Source: Nemertoderma westbladi
Lineage: Eukaryota; Animalia; Xenacoelomorpha
DNA: 38,250 nucleotides
Assembly (NCBI GenBank): GCA_032718475.1
Contig: JAUCBJ010000647.1
Location: 1 to 38,250, forward strand
Direction: 5' to 3'
The translations under genes and the position numbers were made by a program. Position 1 is the stretch's first letter. Every line of letters begins with the position of its first letter. The notes under the pieces were generated by a model. It did not search any database. It was not told the DNA's origin and saw only the letters and a program-made list of their open reading frames with translations. Shown here in pieces: positions 1-10,457 of this stretch.

Positions 1-1
1 T

Positions 2-2161
2 TTCCTGTATTTGTTCCGTAACTGTTAGTATAGCATCTGTAGTCGTTATATGTTTTCGGAATCCGTGTTGTGCAGGGGAAAGTAAATCGAACTTGTTTAG
101 ATATGCCAGTAGTTGAGAGTTGATAACACGCTCGTATATTTTAGTGAAAAGCGGTAATATCGAAATGGGACGGTAATTATTTTTATCCGTGGGATCGCCA
201 GTTTTAAAAACTGGGATTATTTTTGCAATTTTAAGTAAATCTGGAAAAAAACCATTTATGACGGATAATTTAATTAAATGAGTTAAGTGGGGGGCTATCG
301 TATGAGCTGCTAATTTCACCAGGTAGACCGGAAATTCATCATATGTTGAAACGTGGTTGTCTATATCAAGTAAAAAATAGAGAATTTCGGTCTCACATGG
401 TTCTATTAAACAAAACGATTTGTAATTACAATTTTTTATGAAGCGTGTTGGATTTCTATTAGTTTTCGGAATTTGCTCAGCTAATTGGGGTCCAATGGTA
501 GAGAAATGTTTGTTTAGTATATTTGCAATGGATCTACTGTCAGTGGTTACGTTTCCAGGTGAGCCGGTATTAATTTTAACAGGGGCAGATAGTTTTTTTG
601 ATCTATGTAAAGCTAAATTTATTGTTTGCCATGTTTTTTTACTGTTGTTTTTATGTTTATCGAATTCCAGCTCATAATAATTTTTTTCCGCAATACGAAG
701 GGTTTTTGTTAATTGATTCCTATATGATTTGTACTCTGATAGTTTTGAGTCCGTAGGTTTTGACATTAGAGATGCATATAGTTTATTTTTTTTTATTACA
801 CATTTCACTAGACTATGCGTCATCCATGGTTTTTTTGGAATATATTTTTGTTTTGTTTCCTTTTTTGGCAAATGTTTTGAGCACAATGAGTCAAAATCTT
901 TATAAAAATTAGTAAATTTTTCTTTGTTTGGTATTGAGTCCATTTTATACGACCAATTGTTGGGATTTTGTAAATCAGAGATAAACCTTTCTTTGTTTAA
1001 TTTACTGTAATCATAAGTTAGTCGTTTTGTTTCAGTTGATGTCAAATAGCAATCGAAGTCATTAAATACAATAAAAGTTGCCAAGTGATCCGTGGTTCCC
1101 ATTTCTGATAGAAATACTCCGGCTGAAACGAATTTGTCAGTAATGTTAGTACAAATGTGGTCGATCAAAGTTTTAGAGTACAGAGTAATTCTAGTCGGCT
1201 GTTTTATAACCTGTTGGAAGCCGTAAGTGTTTAGTGTATTGTAGTAGTTGTTTGTGGTGCTGTTCAGTTTCATAGTATTAATGTTTGTATCACCTGTAAT
1301 TACAGTGTTTAGTTTAAGGTCCGTAATTTCATTAAGGAGTCTGTTGAGTTCATCGTTAAATTTAGATTCCGTGCAAGTATCCGGTCTGTATATAGTTCCT
1401 ACTAGTAATGGTTTTCGGTTTGTAGTGTTAGCTCCGCCTGGTTTCAGTAGAACCCAAGATGATTCACAACCATCCAGTTTAAAGTCCTGTACTGTATATT
1501 GTAGACCCTGTTTGACATATATAGCGGTTCCTCCCCTGTCTAGTCTACCGTATTTTCTGTTGTTTACTAGTGGACCGATGTAGCCGTCTAGTTTGACCAT
1601 GGTGAGGTCTGTTTCGTCGGTGAGAAAAGTTTCAGTGAATGTTAATATGTCAAACTGATTGTTCATTAGGTCCAAGTGATTTGTAGTGTCTTGTAAGTTT
1701 TTTCGAAGACTTCTGCAGTTTAAATGAAATACAGATAAAGACTTTTTACCATTTTCCGGCTGTTCGAGAAGAGTATTGTACGAATCATGATCAAAGTAGT
1801 CGGAGCTATTAATAGTGGAAATTACGTTTCTGTCCGGGTCTATTGAGTTGAAATGGTTGTTTGTTGATGAAAAATCAGTCCTGTCAGTGCTATCGTCACC
1901 GGTAGAAAAAATATCAGTATCAGTAGAGGGGGTGTTTGTAAAAGGGAACAGTTCTAAGTAGCAGTAAATACAGTAGGCTGAGATAGTGGACACGGACGAA
2001 TCTAAAACGGGCAAGTCAAGGCAGGTCCCACACTGGTAATGGTATAAATTATTACATAATAAGCACTTAAGTGTGTAATCATTACAGCAAACTACCGAGT
2101 AACAGAACGCACAGGAAAGGGGAGTGGACGAGTTGCCTCGGGGAGGGGTAGATCTGGGCAT
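2..2161 (-). CDS. LINE ORF2: PHD finger, AP endonuclease, reverse transcriptase (runs off window)
   Basis: ATG at 2161; CAFC..CLLC..HYQC..CIYC then LELFPF; APE motifs HLNCRSL, TETFL, GGTAIY, GDTN, DHL; RT motifs NYRPISILP and QHGFR, the latter in frame with the ATG. No stop-terminated minus ORFs are listed here, consistent with an open frame. Confidence 0.9.
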   Translation of the reverse strand, partial: MPRSTPPRGNSSTPLSCAFCYSVVCCNDYTLKCLLCNNLYHYQCGTCLDLPVLDSSVSTISAYCIYCYLELFPFTNTPSTDTDIFSTGDDSTDRTDFSSTNNHFNSIDPDRNVISTINSSDYFDHDSYNTLLEQPENGKKSLSVFHLNCRSLRKNLQDTTNHLDLMNNQFDILTFTETFLTDETDLTMVKLDGYIGPLVNNRKYGRLDRGGTAIYVKQGLQYTVQDFKLDGCESSWVLLKPGGANTTNRKPLLVGTIYRPDTCTESKFNDELNRLLNEITDLKLNTVITGDTNINTMKLNSTTNNYYNTLNTYGFQQVIKQPTRITLYSKTLIDHICTNITDKFVSAGVFLSEMGTTDHLATFIVFNDFDCYLTSTETKRLTYDYSKLNKERFISDLQNPNNWSYKMDSIPNKEKFTNFYKDFDSLCSKHLPKKETKQKYIPKKPWMTHSLVKCVIKKNKLYASLMSKPTDSKLSEYKSYRNQLTKTLRIAEKNYYELEFDKHKNNSKKTWQTINLALHRSKKLSAPVKINTGSPGNVTTDSRSIANILNKHFSTIGPQLAEQIPKTNRNPTRFIKNCNYKSFCLIEPCETEILYFLLDIDNHVSTYDEFPVYLVKLAAHTIAPHLTHLIKLSVINGFFPDLLKIAKIIPVFKTGDPTDKNNYRPISILPLFTKIYERVINSQLLAYLNKFDLLSPAQHGFRKHITTTDAILTVTEQIQE

Positions 2162-3741
2162 AAAATATGCAGGTATGCAGCTTGGGATTTGCGGGGGAAT
2201 AGGCCATAATAATTATTAAGATAGCACATTGATAACAATTAGCGGGAAATTTGAAAATAAACTTACCCTCAACAATTCCATTGCACGGGATTGTAAAGGT
2301 TACTATACTTATTTTGCAACATAATGATATGCTAAATATACAATATTATTATGATATAATATTGATTGCTACTTAATGCTAATATGCTGATATACTGAAG
2401 GTACCGGTATATCAGTATATAGTTTCCAATAATATGAAAATAGTCCGGATAGGCTATTTATCTAACAAAACACTAACCTAACTGGGCACTGGACATCTTC
2501 TATTAAAATAAAATATAATAGAAATATGAAGGGTCGCCGTAAAGGGCGACCACATATCGTCACGATATATAATTTGCAGTCTGCAGTCTTGGTAGCGGTT
2601 CACACAGTCTTACGATTACGATTAGGTTGAATCTTACTCCATACGTTACTAACGTAGTTTAAATAATTGGCTCACAAATTACAAAGTACCGGGTAGGCCT
2701 AATTAATACCAAATAAACGAAAATAAATGTAAAATTGTCTATCTTCTGAACTTGCTCAATGCTTACTAACGGACAAAGTACAGCTGTATTACAGTATTTG
2801 GCCAAGGATACGGTAAGCCGGTAGGTTCTTGTTTTCTATCAACTTACAGACTTCGGTACTCCAACTTAATTATGGACAGTTCTGTAGTGTAGTTAGTCGC
2901 TTGAGTCATGTTCTTCTAGGGGAGGTAACGAGTAGATACCGGAGTGTCCGGAGTCGAGCTGATCGAAGAGACATCAACATCGACAGTGGAGGTCTGCTTC
3001 TCCTTCGCGGTCTTCTTTCTCTTTGCAATGACTTTCTCGAGGTCCAGTAGGTTGGATTCGGATACGATGCGGATCGCGTCGGAGGCTTCGGTAATTTTAA
3101 CGAATATTGCACCTCGGAACGTGTAGTAGACATAGATTTTGCGATTCATCTTTAGCTGGGAAACGCGTTTGAGGAGAATGGAGCGACGTTTGGATAGGTG
3201 CTCGTAAATAGCCAGAGGATATTTCAGCTGCTTCCGTGCCCGGAGGACGGAAAGCTGATAATGGGACGTATAATACTAACGTATAATAATGGGACGCGGG
3301 CGAATGGAGTCGCGTTCGGTTTGGACGCTGCCGGGATCATCAGATTGGTGCGCGTGCTCAGCCGGCACCGGTAATCGCGGTTTCGGACGATGTTTGCCCA
3401 GTCGATGGAATACATCAACCATACTGAGCGACGATCCTAAATTCTTCAGAACCTCGTCAAATTTCTCCCTTTCTTCAGTCTGTCAGTGGAATTATCAGAT
3501 TCCGGCAACCCGAATAACAGAGCGTTGTGGCGATTCATGTACTGTTCCAAGTCATCATTCTCTTGGATAAGATTTATGTTCAGTTGGTTTACTGCGTTTA
3601 ATTTGCTCACCAATCGCTCAACGTATTCATTTGCACTCTGGATTTCGAACAATGCGGATTTGATTTCCTCCCGTAGGTCAGCCTGGGAGGCTTTTAGGTC
3701 GGCCAGGTCAGCAGGTTGTCTAGGATTTGTTGCCCCACGCT

Positions 3742-4888
3742 CAGGGATGGCAAAAACCATGGTTTTTTGAAAAAAAAATTTTGGTTTTGGTTTTATTGTT
3801 TGGTTTTTTATGGTTTTTTTCGGTTTTTTATGGTTTTTTATGGTTTTTCTGTGGTTTAATTAAATCCAATACAGCAATACATACAAACAGACAAATGTAG
3901 GGCCTACATACAACAGTCTGACAGTACAACCCTTGCGCTTGCCCAATAGAACAAAATACTGGAATAACTGATAAGGCCACATACAGATGCTGGCTGGCTG
4001 GTTTGAAGCGTTTCTTCTGCTGTTCTGTTCTCAGGTTCTGTCCTTACTCTCATCCAACCCATCAGCCCATGCAGCCATGTCAGCATGTGACAAAATACTA
4101 ACAACATACAACGTAAAAATACATACCAACGTCCAGACGTCTGCACTGCTCCACTGCACGCCAGGCTGCAAACCACCACTGAACCGCGAACAACGCCTGC
4201 GCACAATTCAGCAATTTTTCAGCCGCGCAATACTGCAATATTGGACAATATACCGCGCATTCACCGAAAAAAAACGCGCACACCACATTTTAACAATGTA
4301 AACGAGAAACATACGCCAGCGAAGCGAGCAAAACCTTTTCATTAACATTGCAAAATGAACAGATGAAAAAGAAACGCGAGCAAAACTCAAAGTGAGAGAA
4401 ATTTTTTCATTCTACATAGGCCTATGCAGATATGTAACAGTGCAAAATGAAAAAGAAACGCAAGCAAAACTCAAAGTAACAGCTGAACAGTGCAAAATGA
4501 TACGATAAAGAAACGCGAACAAAACTCAAAGTGAGCGAAATTTTTTCCTTCTAACAGCAGAACAGTGCAAAATGAAAAAGAAACGAGAGCAAAACTCAAA
4601 GTGAGTGAAATTTTTTCATTCTACATATGTAAGAGTCAGACAGCTGGACAGTGCAAAATGAAAAAGAAACGCAAGCAAAACTCAAAGTGTTCGAAATTTT
4701 TTCATTCTAACAGTGCAAAATGAAAAAGAAACGCGACTACCAGTCTGCTTTATATTATTTCCAGCGTTAATTGTAAAATTTTATGAAAAACCATAAAAAA
4801 CCAATTTTTTCGCCTTTTTTTAAAAGTTGGTTAAACCAAAAAACCATAAAAAACCAATGGTGAGAAAAACCATTGGTTGCCAACCCTG
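3742..4888. mobile_element. Non-autonomous hAT-like DNA transposon, 1147 bp
   Basis: TIRs CAGGGATGGCAA / TTGCCAACCCTG with subterminal AAAACC/GGTTTT arrays; exact 8-bp TSD CCCACGCT at 3734-3741 and 4889-4896; no transposase ORF. Confidence 0.92.
4340..4735. repeat. Imperfect tandem array inside the hAT element
   Basis: About six variants of AACAGTGCAAAATGAAAAAGAAACGCRAGCAAAACTCAAAGTG...TTTTTTCATTCTA. Confidence 0.85.
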
Positions 4889-5189
4889 CCCACGCTACCC
4901 CATGTCTGAGTAGGCGGCATGTTGCTGTGTTGCGTTCTGCCGTCAGCCGTTAGGCAGTGCAGCAGAGGTAAATACAGTTTGTAGGCTGGGGCCTGGTGGG
5001 CTGGGCAGAATGTTGATCCGATACTTCAGTTCAGTTTCAGTACTTCAGTTCCTGGCCTAATCCCTGTGCCCTGTCTGCTGCTACCGGTAGTACATGCTTA
5101 TTGCAGATTTGGTTTCGAGTTTAAGTAATTAATCCTCTACATCATACCTGCCTGCATACTGTGGGGTGGCCTACTTCTGTACTTGCAGA

Positions 5190-5764
5190 ACTTTAATACT
5201 GTAATATAATAACACAATTCCATGCAGATACTGTAATATCCACGAAGTAAGAAAAATGGTTATACATATACGTACGTATATAACCATCCACAGGTTAGTT
5301 ATAACACAATTACACCCACATAATAGCCACGAAGCTGGCCTATGCTGCTATGTGAAGAATACCAGACTTTCTGCCGTGATATTTCACTTTGCAGTTACCC
5401 CCCATGTGAAGAATACCAGGTTTTCACCAAAAACACAGGTTACAGAAGGGTTGAATATAACCAAAACAATAAACGAATTAGTATATGTACAGGTTATAAG
5501 ACAGAAATAAACGCTATAAAACACTTAAATGTCAAAGATAAATTATAAAAAATAAACAATCTTCACAAATAAAATTCCAATAAAAAGTCGATCGAAAAGT
5601 GAAATACTGGTATTCTTCACATATGGGCGCTATAAAACACTTAATAAAGATAAATTTAAAAACTTATCATGGGCATTCTTCACATGGGCGACGAAGCCAA
5701 TTAGCTTGGTTAATTACCTGCGTGGAATTGTGTTATTACAGTATTATACTGTTTGTATTAAAGT
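5190..5764. mobile_element. Unclassified MITE-like inverted-repeat element
   Basis: Imperfect terminal IRs ACTTTAATA...AATAACACAATTCCAYGCAG at both ends; internal IR TGTGAAGAATACCAG / CTGGTATTCTTCACA; TSD not resolved. Confidence 0.55.
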
Positions 5765-6444
5765 CTCTTTCTTATTGAAAGTAGTTGATTCAATATCCAA
5801 TATTTATTGGCTTATGTACAGTAGTTAAGCGGCTCTCTAGTTACGTAATAAATATTCGAGAACACTAAATTATTTAACATTGAGTAAGGCAGCATCCGGA
5901 GTTTAAGAGTCCAGTAATTAGAATTACAGTAACTATGGAAGCAATATAGTAAAATACTACAGTTCAATTTATTTTGTATCACTATATCGCTCATTATTTT
6001 ATTAAAGAATTTAGCAACAAAAAGTACTAATTTAAGAATAAAATTACGTATTTCATGGGGAAAAACGTTGAAAATTTTTTTTCAATATTCTCTCGACCCA
6101 TTATTAACTTAATACATATTTTACTTGTTAATAATCTACTTTCAAAGTTCCTGTTTTTACTATTTTTCAATCAAATTCTATGTATTCTGTAATACGTATA
6201 CTTATTTTAATTCTGTGCGTCGCATATACTGTACCTCCTGTACAGTAATTTATAATAAATCACGTGTATACGTATAGGCCTACTACAATAAAAGTGACAT
6301 TAAATTAACTTTTCAGTTTAAAATATATCAGTTACGTAGGTACAGTTTAAAAGAAAATCAATTTATACAAAAAAACACTGTTAGGCCTATAAAATAATTA
6401 GTTACTGTATGTAGTTCAATAAAATACAATGTTTGTTATCTTAC

Positions 6445-7279
6445 CCCTATTCCACCTGGGCTCTTTTGTCCGAGATTCCACCTGGGGTTGGGCATAATAT
6501 GCCCAACAGTTTATTATACACTAAAAAGTAATGATAATTTTACCAAAACTTTCAAAATTTTCGCAGGTTTAAAGAAAAATGTTCTGAGTTTTATATATTC
6601 ATAATTTAAAATAATATATCCATATAAATTAACTATCATGAAGATAACCCATTATAGTAAAAAGATGAGTTAATACTATACATACTCCTCCCAACACCAC
6701 TGTCTGCCTAACTCTGCCAGACATCCCAAGTGAAAATTTTGCTTGCAGGGGTGCTGTTATTGAATAGATTTATTCACCTCTGTTTATGTCTGCTGTATTA
6801 CATTAGGAATATACTGGGTTCAATGGTGGTTGTTGTTTTATCCTAATAGACTTATTGCTTGCTTATCTGTCAGTTTATTATTTTGTTATTAAAAAATAAT
6901 GTGATTGATGTGTACTAATCCAAGCAGTAGACAATCTCGTGTTTGAATTTATCTTTACAACCCAGCCAAGTGAATGTCCTGGACCGTAATTGGTTGCATT
7001 CTAGCTTGTTGGCCAGGGGAACTATCCAACCAGGGATTATCTTTTCTACCAGTTAGGCTAATAAAGATATTATAATAAAAAAATGTGACTATGATATGAA
7101 AAACACACCATAGCACAAAAAGTATAAATGATGAAAAAAATATTTTGTTACCATCAGAAAGCCAATTAAATTCTAGGAAAAGTCAATGAATTTCATAATA
7201 ATACATAAAAATCATCATCATGAATTTCTAAAAATAAACAGTGTTGGGCAGATTCTGCCCAACCCCAGGTGGAATAGGG
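6445..7279. mobile_element. Non-autonomous piggyBac-like element, 835 bp
   Basis: TIRs CCCTATTCCACCTGGG / CCCAGGTGGAATAGGG plus internal IR GGGGTTGGGCA..TGCCCAACA; right flank TTAA, left flank TTAC (one mismatch). Confidence 0.85.
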
Positions 7280-7299
7280 TTAATTAATAATCATAATAA

Positions 7300-7763
7300 A
7301 TGTATTCATTTGAATTTTCAGTTAGCAGCTGCTGTATGTAGTAGTCTTTGCGGTTGTGTTTGAACTTATAAAGTTTTCACGTTCGTTAAGCTTTGAGGCA
7401 GTTCGTTCCAAATTTTTGGGACCAAGTAAGTGAACACTTTCTTGCCGCAAACTGTCGTACAATGGGGGAGCACAGCTGATTACTCAGTAGAACGCAGTGA
7501 GTGTGTTTGACAACGAATGGTAACGAAGTCTGACATGTAAACGGGGGATATGTTGTTAACAATTTTGAGAATATGTGATGCTATAACTGCCTTTATTCTT
7601 TCGTTTAGAGGGAGCTAATTTATTTATTTGAAGTGTTGGATTCCGATATGTTCACGAGGACCGTAACCAAGGCAATTCTAACACATTTCCTCTGCAGTGC
7701 TTCCAATTGCTTACGAAGGCGTTGAGTTATGCTGTAAAACCAAGTAGATGCGGCGTAATTTAA
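7300..7763 (-). mobile_element. 5'-truncated, degenerate L2/Crack-type LINE 3' fragment
   Basis: LNYAASTW...QLEALQRKCVRI and GKKVFTYLVPKIWNELP, typical post-RT C-terminal motifs; contains stops and a frameshift. Confidence 0.8.
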
Positions 7764-8224
7764 GTTCTGCTTTGTCGCAATATTGTCGGTAATCTGGCAG
7801 GATTCCCGCCATTCCCACTACGCCGTCATATACTGTGATATCTCCTTTTTTCAAACTCTGCGTAAAAAAATATACATTTTAGTGCATAAAGTATTATTAT
7901 GATTTTATCACAGAATTTACTTAAATGTAAATTAATGACATGTTCTTTACCATTCTTTAACAACAGATTTCCGACCTGGACAATTCCGACCTATCAAAGT
8001 TAAAGTAGGAAATTTATTTTGGTATATTTGGCTCACTCTTTTCCTGTGGCATCATGTGTACCGTTTCATGCAAAAGACATGTAGGCTACTGTATGTACGT
8101 TACATACCCAGCAAAAATCGCAAAGATCTCCTCTATCTTTGACATCTCCATCCAACATTGTCCTTTTGCAACGCAAACTGAATCCAACTACAACAAATAA
8201 CGCAAATACCAACAATTTCAACAT
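7711..8224 (-). pseudogene. Disrupted copy of the Ly6/three-finger-like gene (exon 1 8108-8224; exon 2 7711-7857 with LINE-derived end)
   Basis: Near-identical to 30882-33009 with intact GT/AG 250-bp intron; homology stops at 7764, then reads LKLRRIYLVLQHNSTPS* and lacks the last five cysteines. Confidence 0.85.
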
Positions 8225-8278
8225 TTTTGACAGAAATGTTACGTATTTATTATTAACCAAAAAATATTTAAAAACAAA

Positions 8279-8406
8279 GGCCTATAGGTCTACTGTACCT
8301 TAGTTAAATCGGCCTATAGGTCTACTGTACCTTAGTTAAATCGGCCTATAGGTCTACTGTACCTTAGTTAAATCCGCCTATAGGTCTACTGTACATTAGT
8401 TAAATC
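8279..8406. repeat. 32-bp tandem repeat x4
   Basis: GGCCTATAGGTCTACTGTACCTTAGTTAAATC at 8279, 8311, 8343, 8375; the paralog has one related unit near 33128. Confidence 0.95.
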
Positions 8407-8861
8407 GGTTTTCTATTGGTGCTACATTGCCGCTGCATTATATAAACATGTATATGCTGTGCCGGCTTGTGGACGAAATGCGCCGCCACAATATGGGGAT
8501 TTTCAAGCTTATATATTCTCGTAGCAGCCTTCCGGTCGCCTCCGGCTTCGGGCGACTGTTTGTTTGCTTTTTTAAATCAGAGTTTGACTCCTTCCCGCAA
8601 TAATTGTTTTGCATCGCGGTTTTATTATTTCTGTAATAAGCCTTTCTATTAAAAACATAGTCAATCGGACGCGTCACGCCTCCAAATGATAACATACTGT
8701 AGGATCCTATGAGAACAGAACCGACGTCCGTGTATCACGCGGAAGAGTTAAAATTATGAAGTCCGTGAAGGTTACCTCAACACAAGTGGATATGTGAAAG
8801 ATAATTACTAATGTATGTAGTCTGGGAGCACTTTATGTATCGCTTTAAAAAATCGCTTTAA

Positions 8862-9504
8862 GGTAGGGGTACACCATTTTGGTAGAAAATATGTCGAAAT
8901 TATTTTCATGATCTATTATAATGCACGATTAAATGGTGTTTCCAAATCTGAAAACCGCTATTTAATAGCTCTTTTAGATTTCAAGTTAGAAAAATTTCCA
9001 TTTAGGGAGACCTATTAAATTACTACAGTATTACTACTAGGCGTACTGTATGTATAATAAAAGTTCGATTATCTCTAAATATTTTTTTTATGAAATTGTC
9101 AACTTCAAAACCCTATTACTTCTACAATTTTTGAGCAATTAGTCTGAAAATATCTGTGGGTGTCTAAGACTGTCGGCATAAAACTACTGTATCAGACATT
9201 TTTGCGAACTATTTTGTTAATAAATTTAATTCTATATTTATAGCAAACAAATAATATACCTAAAAAATCAGCATAAATTTGCAGCGCCATCTAGCGGTGC
9301 AGAATTATTTTCACAAAATTTTGCTTGATAGTTATGTTGCCGCATTCTTTGATCTATCATATAAAATAAATAAAATTTTTCTGACCTGTCAAGTAGAATA
9401 GCATCTTAGGTACCTATTTTCCAAATTATAGCCACATCCAAAAAATTTTAAACGCTGAAGAGTGATAAATCGAAGAGTGACCCCCCCCCCCCCCCCCCCC
9501 CCCC
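8862..9504. mobile_element. MITE, 643 bp (Kolobok- or Harbinger-like)
   Basis: Absent from the paralogous sites (GCTTTAAATACTG at ~33689 and ~34767); flanked by TAA/TAA; starts GGTAGGGGTACAC, right end obscured by a 24-C run. Confidence 0.75.
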
Positions 9505-9699
9505 TAAATACTGTATGAAGAATATTGCTTTAAAAATATTATAGGAGCTTTTAATGTATAGGCAATCATCAATGCTGTAATATGCGCCGTCACGCGGTCA
9601 GACGGTAGACAATCTGATGTAGCAGGGTAGGGGCCGCAGTAGCCTAAACTGCTTACTGCGGGATGACGAGTACTCAAGTAACGGAATGAATGCATGCAT

Positions 9700-10177
9700 G
9701 AATGCCTTACTGTCCTCCACCGCCTCCATCTTCGACCCCCTGGGTCTCCTCTCCCCTTGGTCGCTTTCTCTGCGCTTGCAACTGCAGGCAGCCTGGCTCT
9801 GGGTGGGACCATCCGCTAGACCCTTCTGCCATGAGCATCTGTGTAAATCTCCTTTCCCCCATACCTACAAACCAACCTGCTGTACCCCAGAACTGCTCGC
9901 ACCCAGACTGTATCGAGGTCTATGTCGATGCTTCGCCCAAAGCCTACGCGGCTTGTCTCTACACATTGCAGGGGGGGGGGGGTGCGGAATCTGATTTGCG
10001 CCAAGGCGCACACTGCGCCACGGCGGCCCCAACTTTCGATACCTCGCCTGGAACTGATGGCGGCCCTGCTGGGAACTCGTCTATACGTATCCGTCCTCAA
10101 GGCACATGAAGACCTCCCTGGGGTCAACGCCTGCTTCGATTCGGACTTTACTATAACCCTCGCCTGGCTGAGTAATA
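9700..10177 (+). pseudogene. BEL/Pao pol fragment (RNase H region), left part
   Basis: IFDPLGLLSP, YVDASPKAYAACLY, SIPRLELMAALLG, DSDFTITLAWL; frameshifted; GC-richer than flanks. Confidence 0.9.
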
Positions 10178-10457
10178 TATTCAATCCGGCATAGGGCCCC
10201 GGCGGCTTTAATTGAATAAAATGGTCTGCCATGTTAAATAAAATTAGTACTCCGCACCAATGACTGACATAAAATCAATTGTGTACAAAATTAAATATAA
10301 ACAAGTTAATCATGTTATTAATTAACTAAAACGGTTGCTGGCGGGTTATGTAGTATGTACAACAAGCATAGTCCCAGTGCCAATGTACCCTATAGTTTGG
10401 GGCGAGCCACGTAATGGGCGATGAGTTACTATAGAGCGGCGAAATCGGCTACCTCCT

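Larger units (their letters stand above)
2916..4920 (-). pseudogene. LINE ORF1 (coiled coil + RRM-like), frameshifted and split by hAT insertion
   Basis: Pieces LEQYMNRHNALLFGLPE, FHRLGK, RPRPIIIR, IYEHLSKRR...TFRGAIFVK in different frames; probable start MPPTQTWGSVGQQILDNL at 4920, beyond the insertion. Confidence 0.8.
1..5060 (-). mobile_element. L2/Crack/CR1-group LINE (ORF1 + ORF2), 3' end outside window
   Basis: Minus-strand ORF1 remnants followed by a PHD-APE-RT ORF2; 5' boundary approximate. Confidence 0.88.
7764..9694 (+). repeat. Segmental duplication copy A (paralogous to ~30950-34959)
   Basis: Collinear high-identity blocks covering exon 2, intron ends, exon 1 and upstream sequence, with copy-specific insertions. 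Confidence 0.9.

Noticed and set aside
438-1583. Plus-strand hydrophobic ORFs
   Set aside because: Antisense shadows of LINE ORF2.
2531-2551. GGTCGCC/GGCGACC hairpin in the LINE inter-ORF spacer
   Set aside because: A 7-bp stem alone is too weak to assign a function.
3446-3760. ORF start at 3760
   Set aside because: The ATG comes from the hAT terminus; the real ORF1 start is probably 4920.
8438-8695. ORF shared with 33251-33490
   Set aside because: Part of the duplicated upstream block; non-ATG starts differ and there are no motifs.
9481-9504. Long homopolymers (C24 here, G run ~9971, A run 22215-22240, C run ~24298)
   Set aside because: Probably slippage or sequencing/assembly artefacts; frameshifts at these runs should not be over-interpreted.
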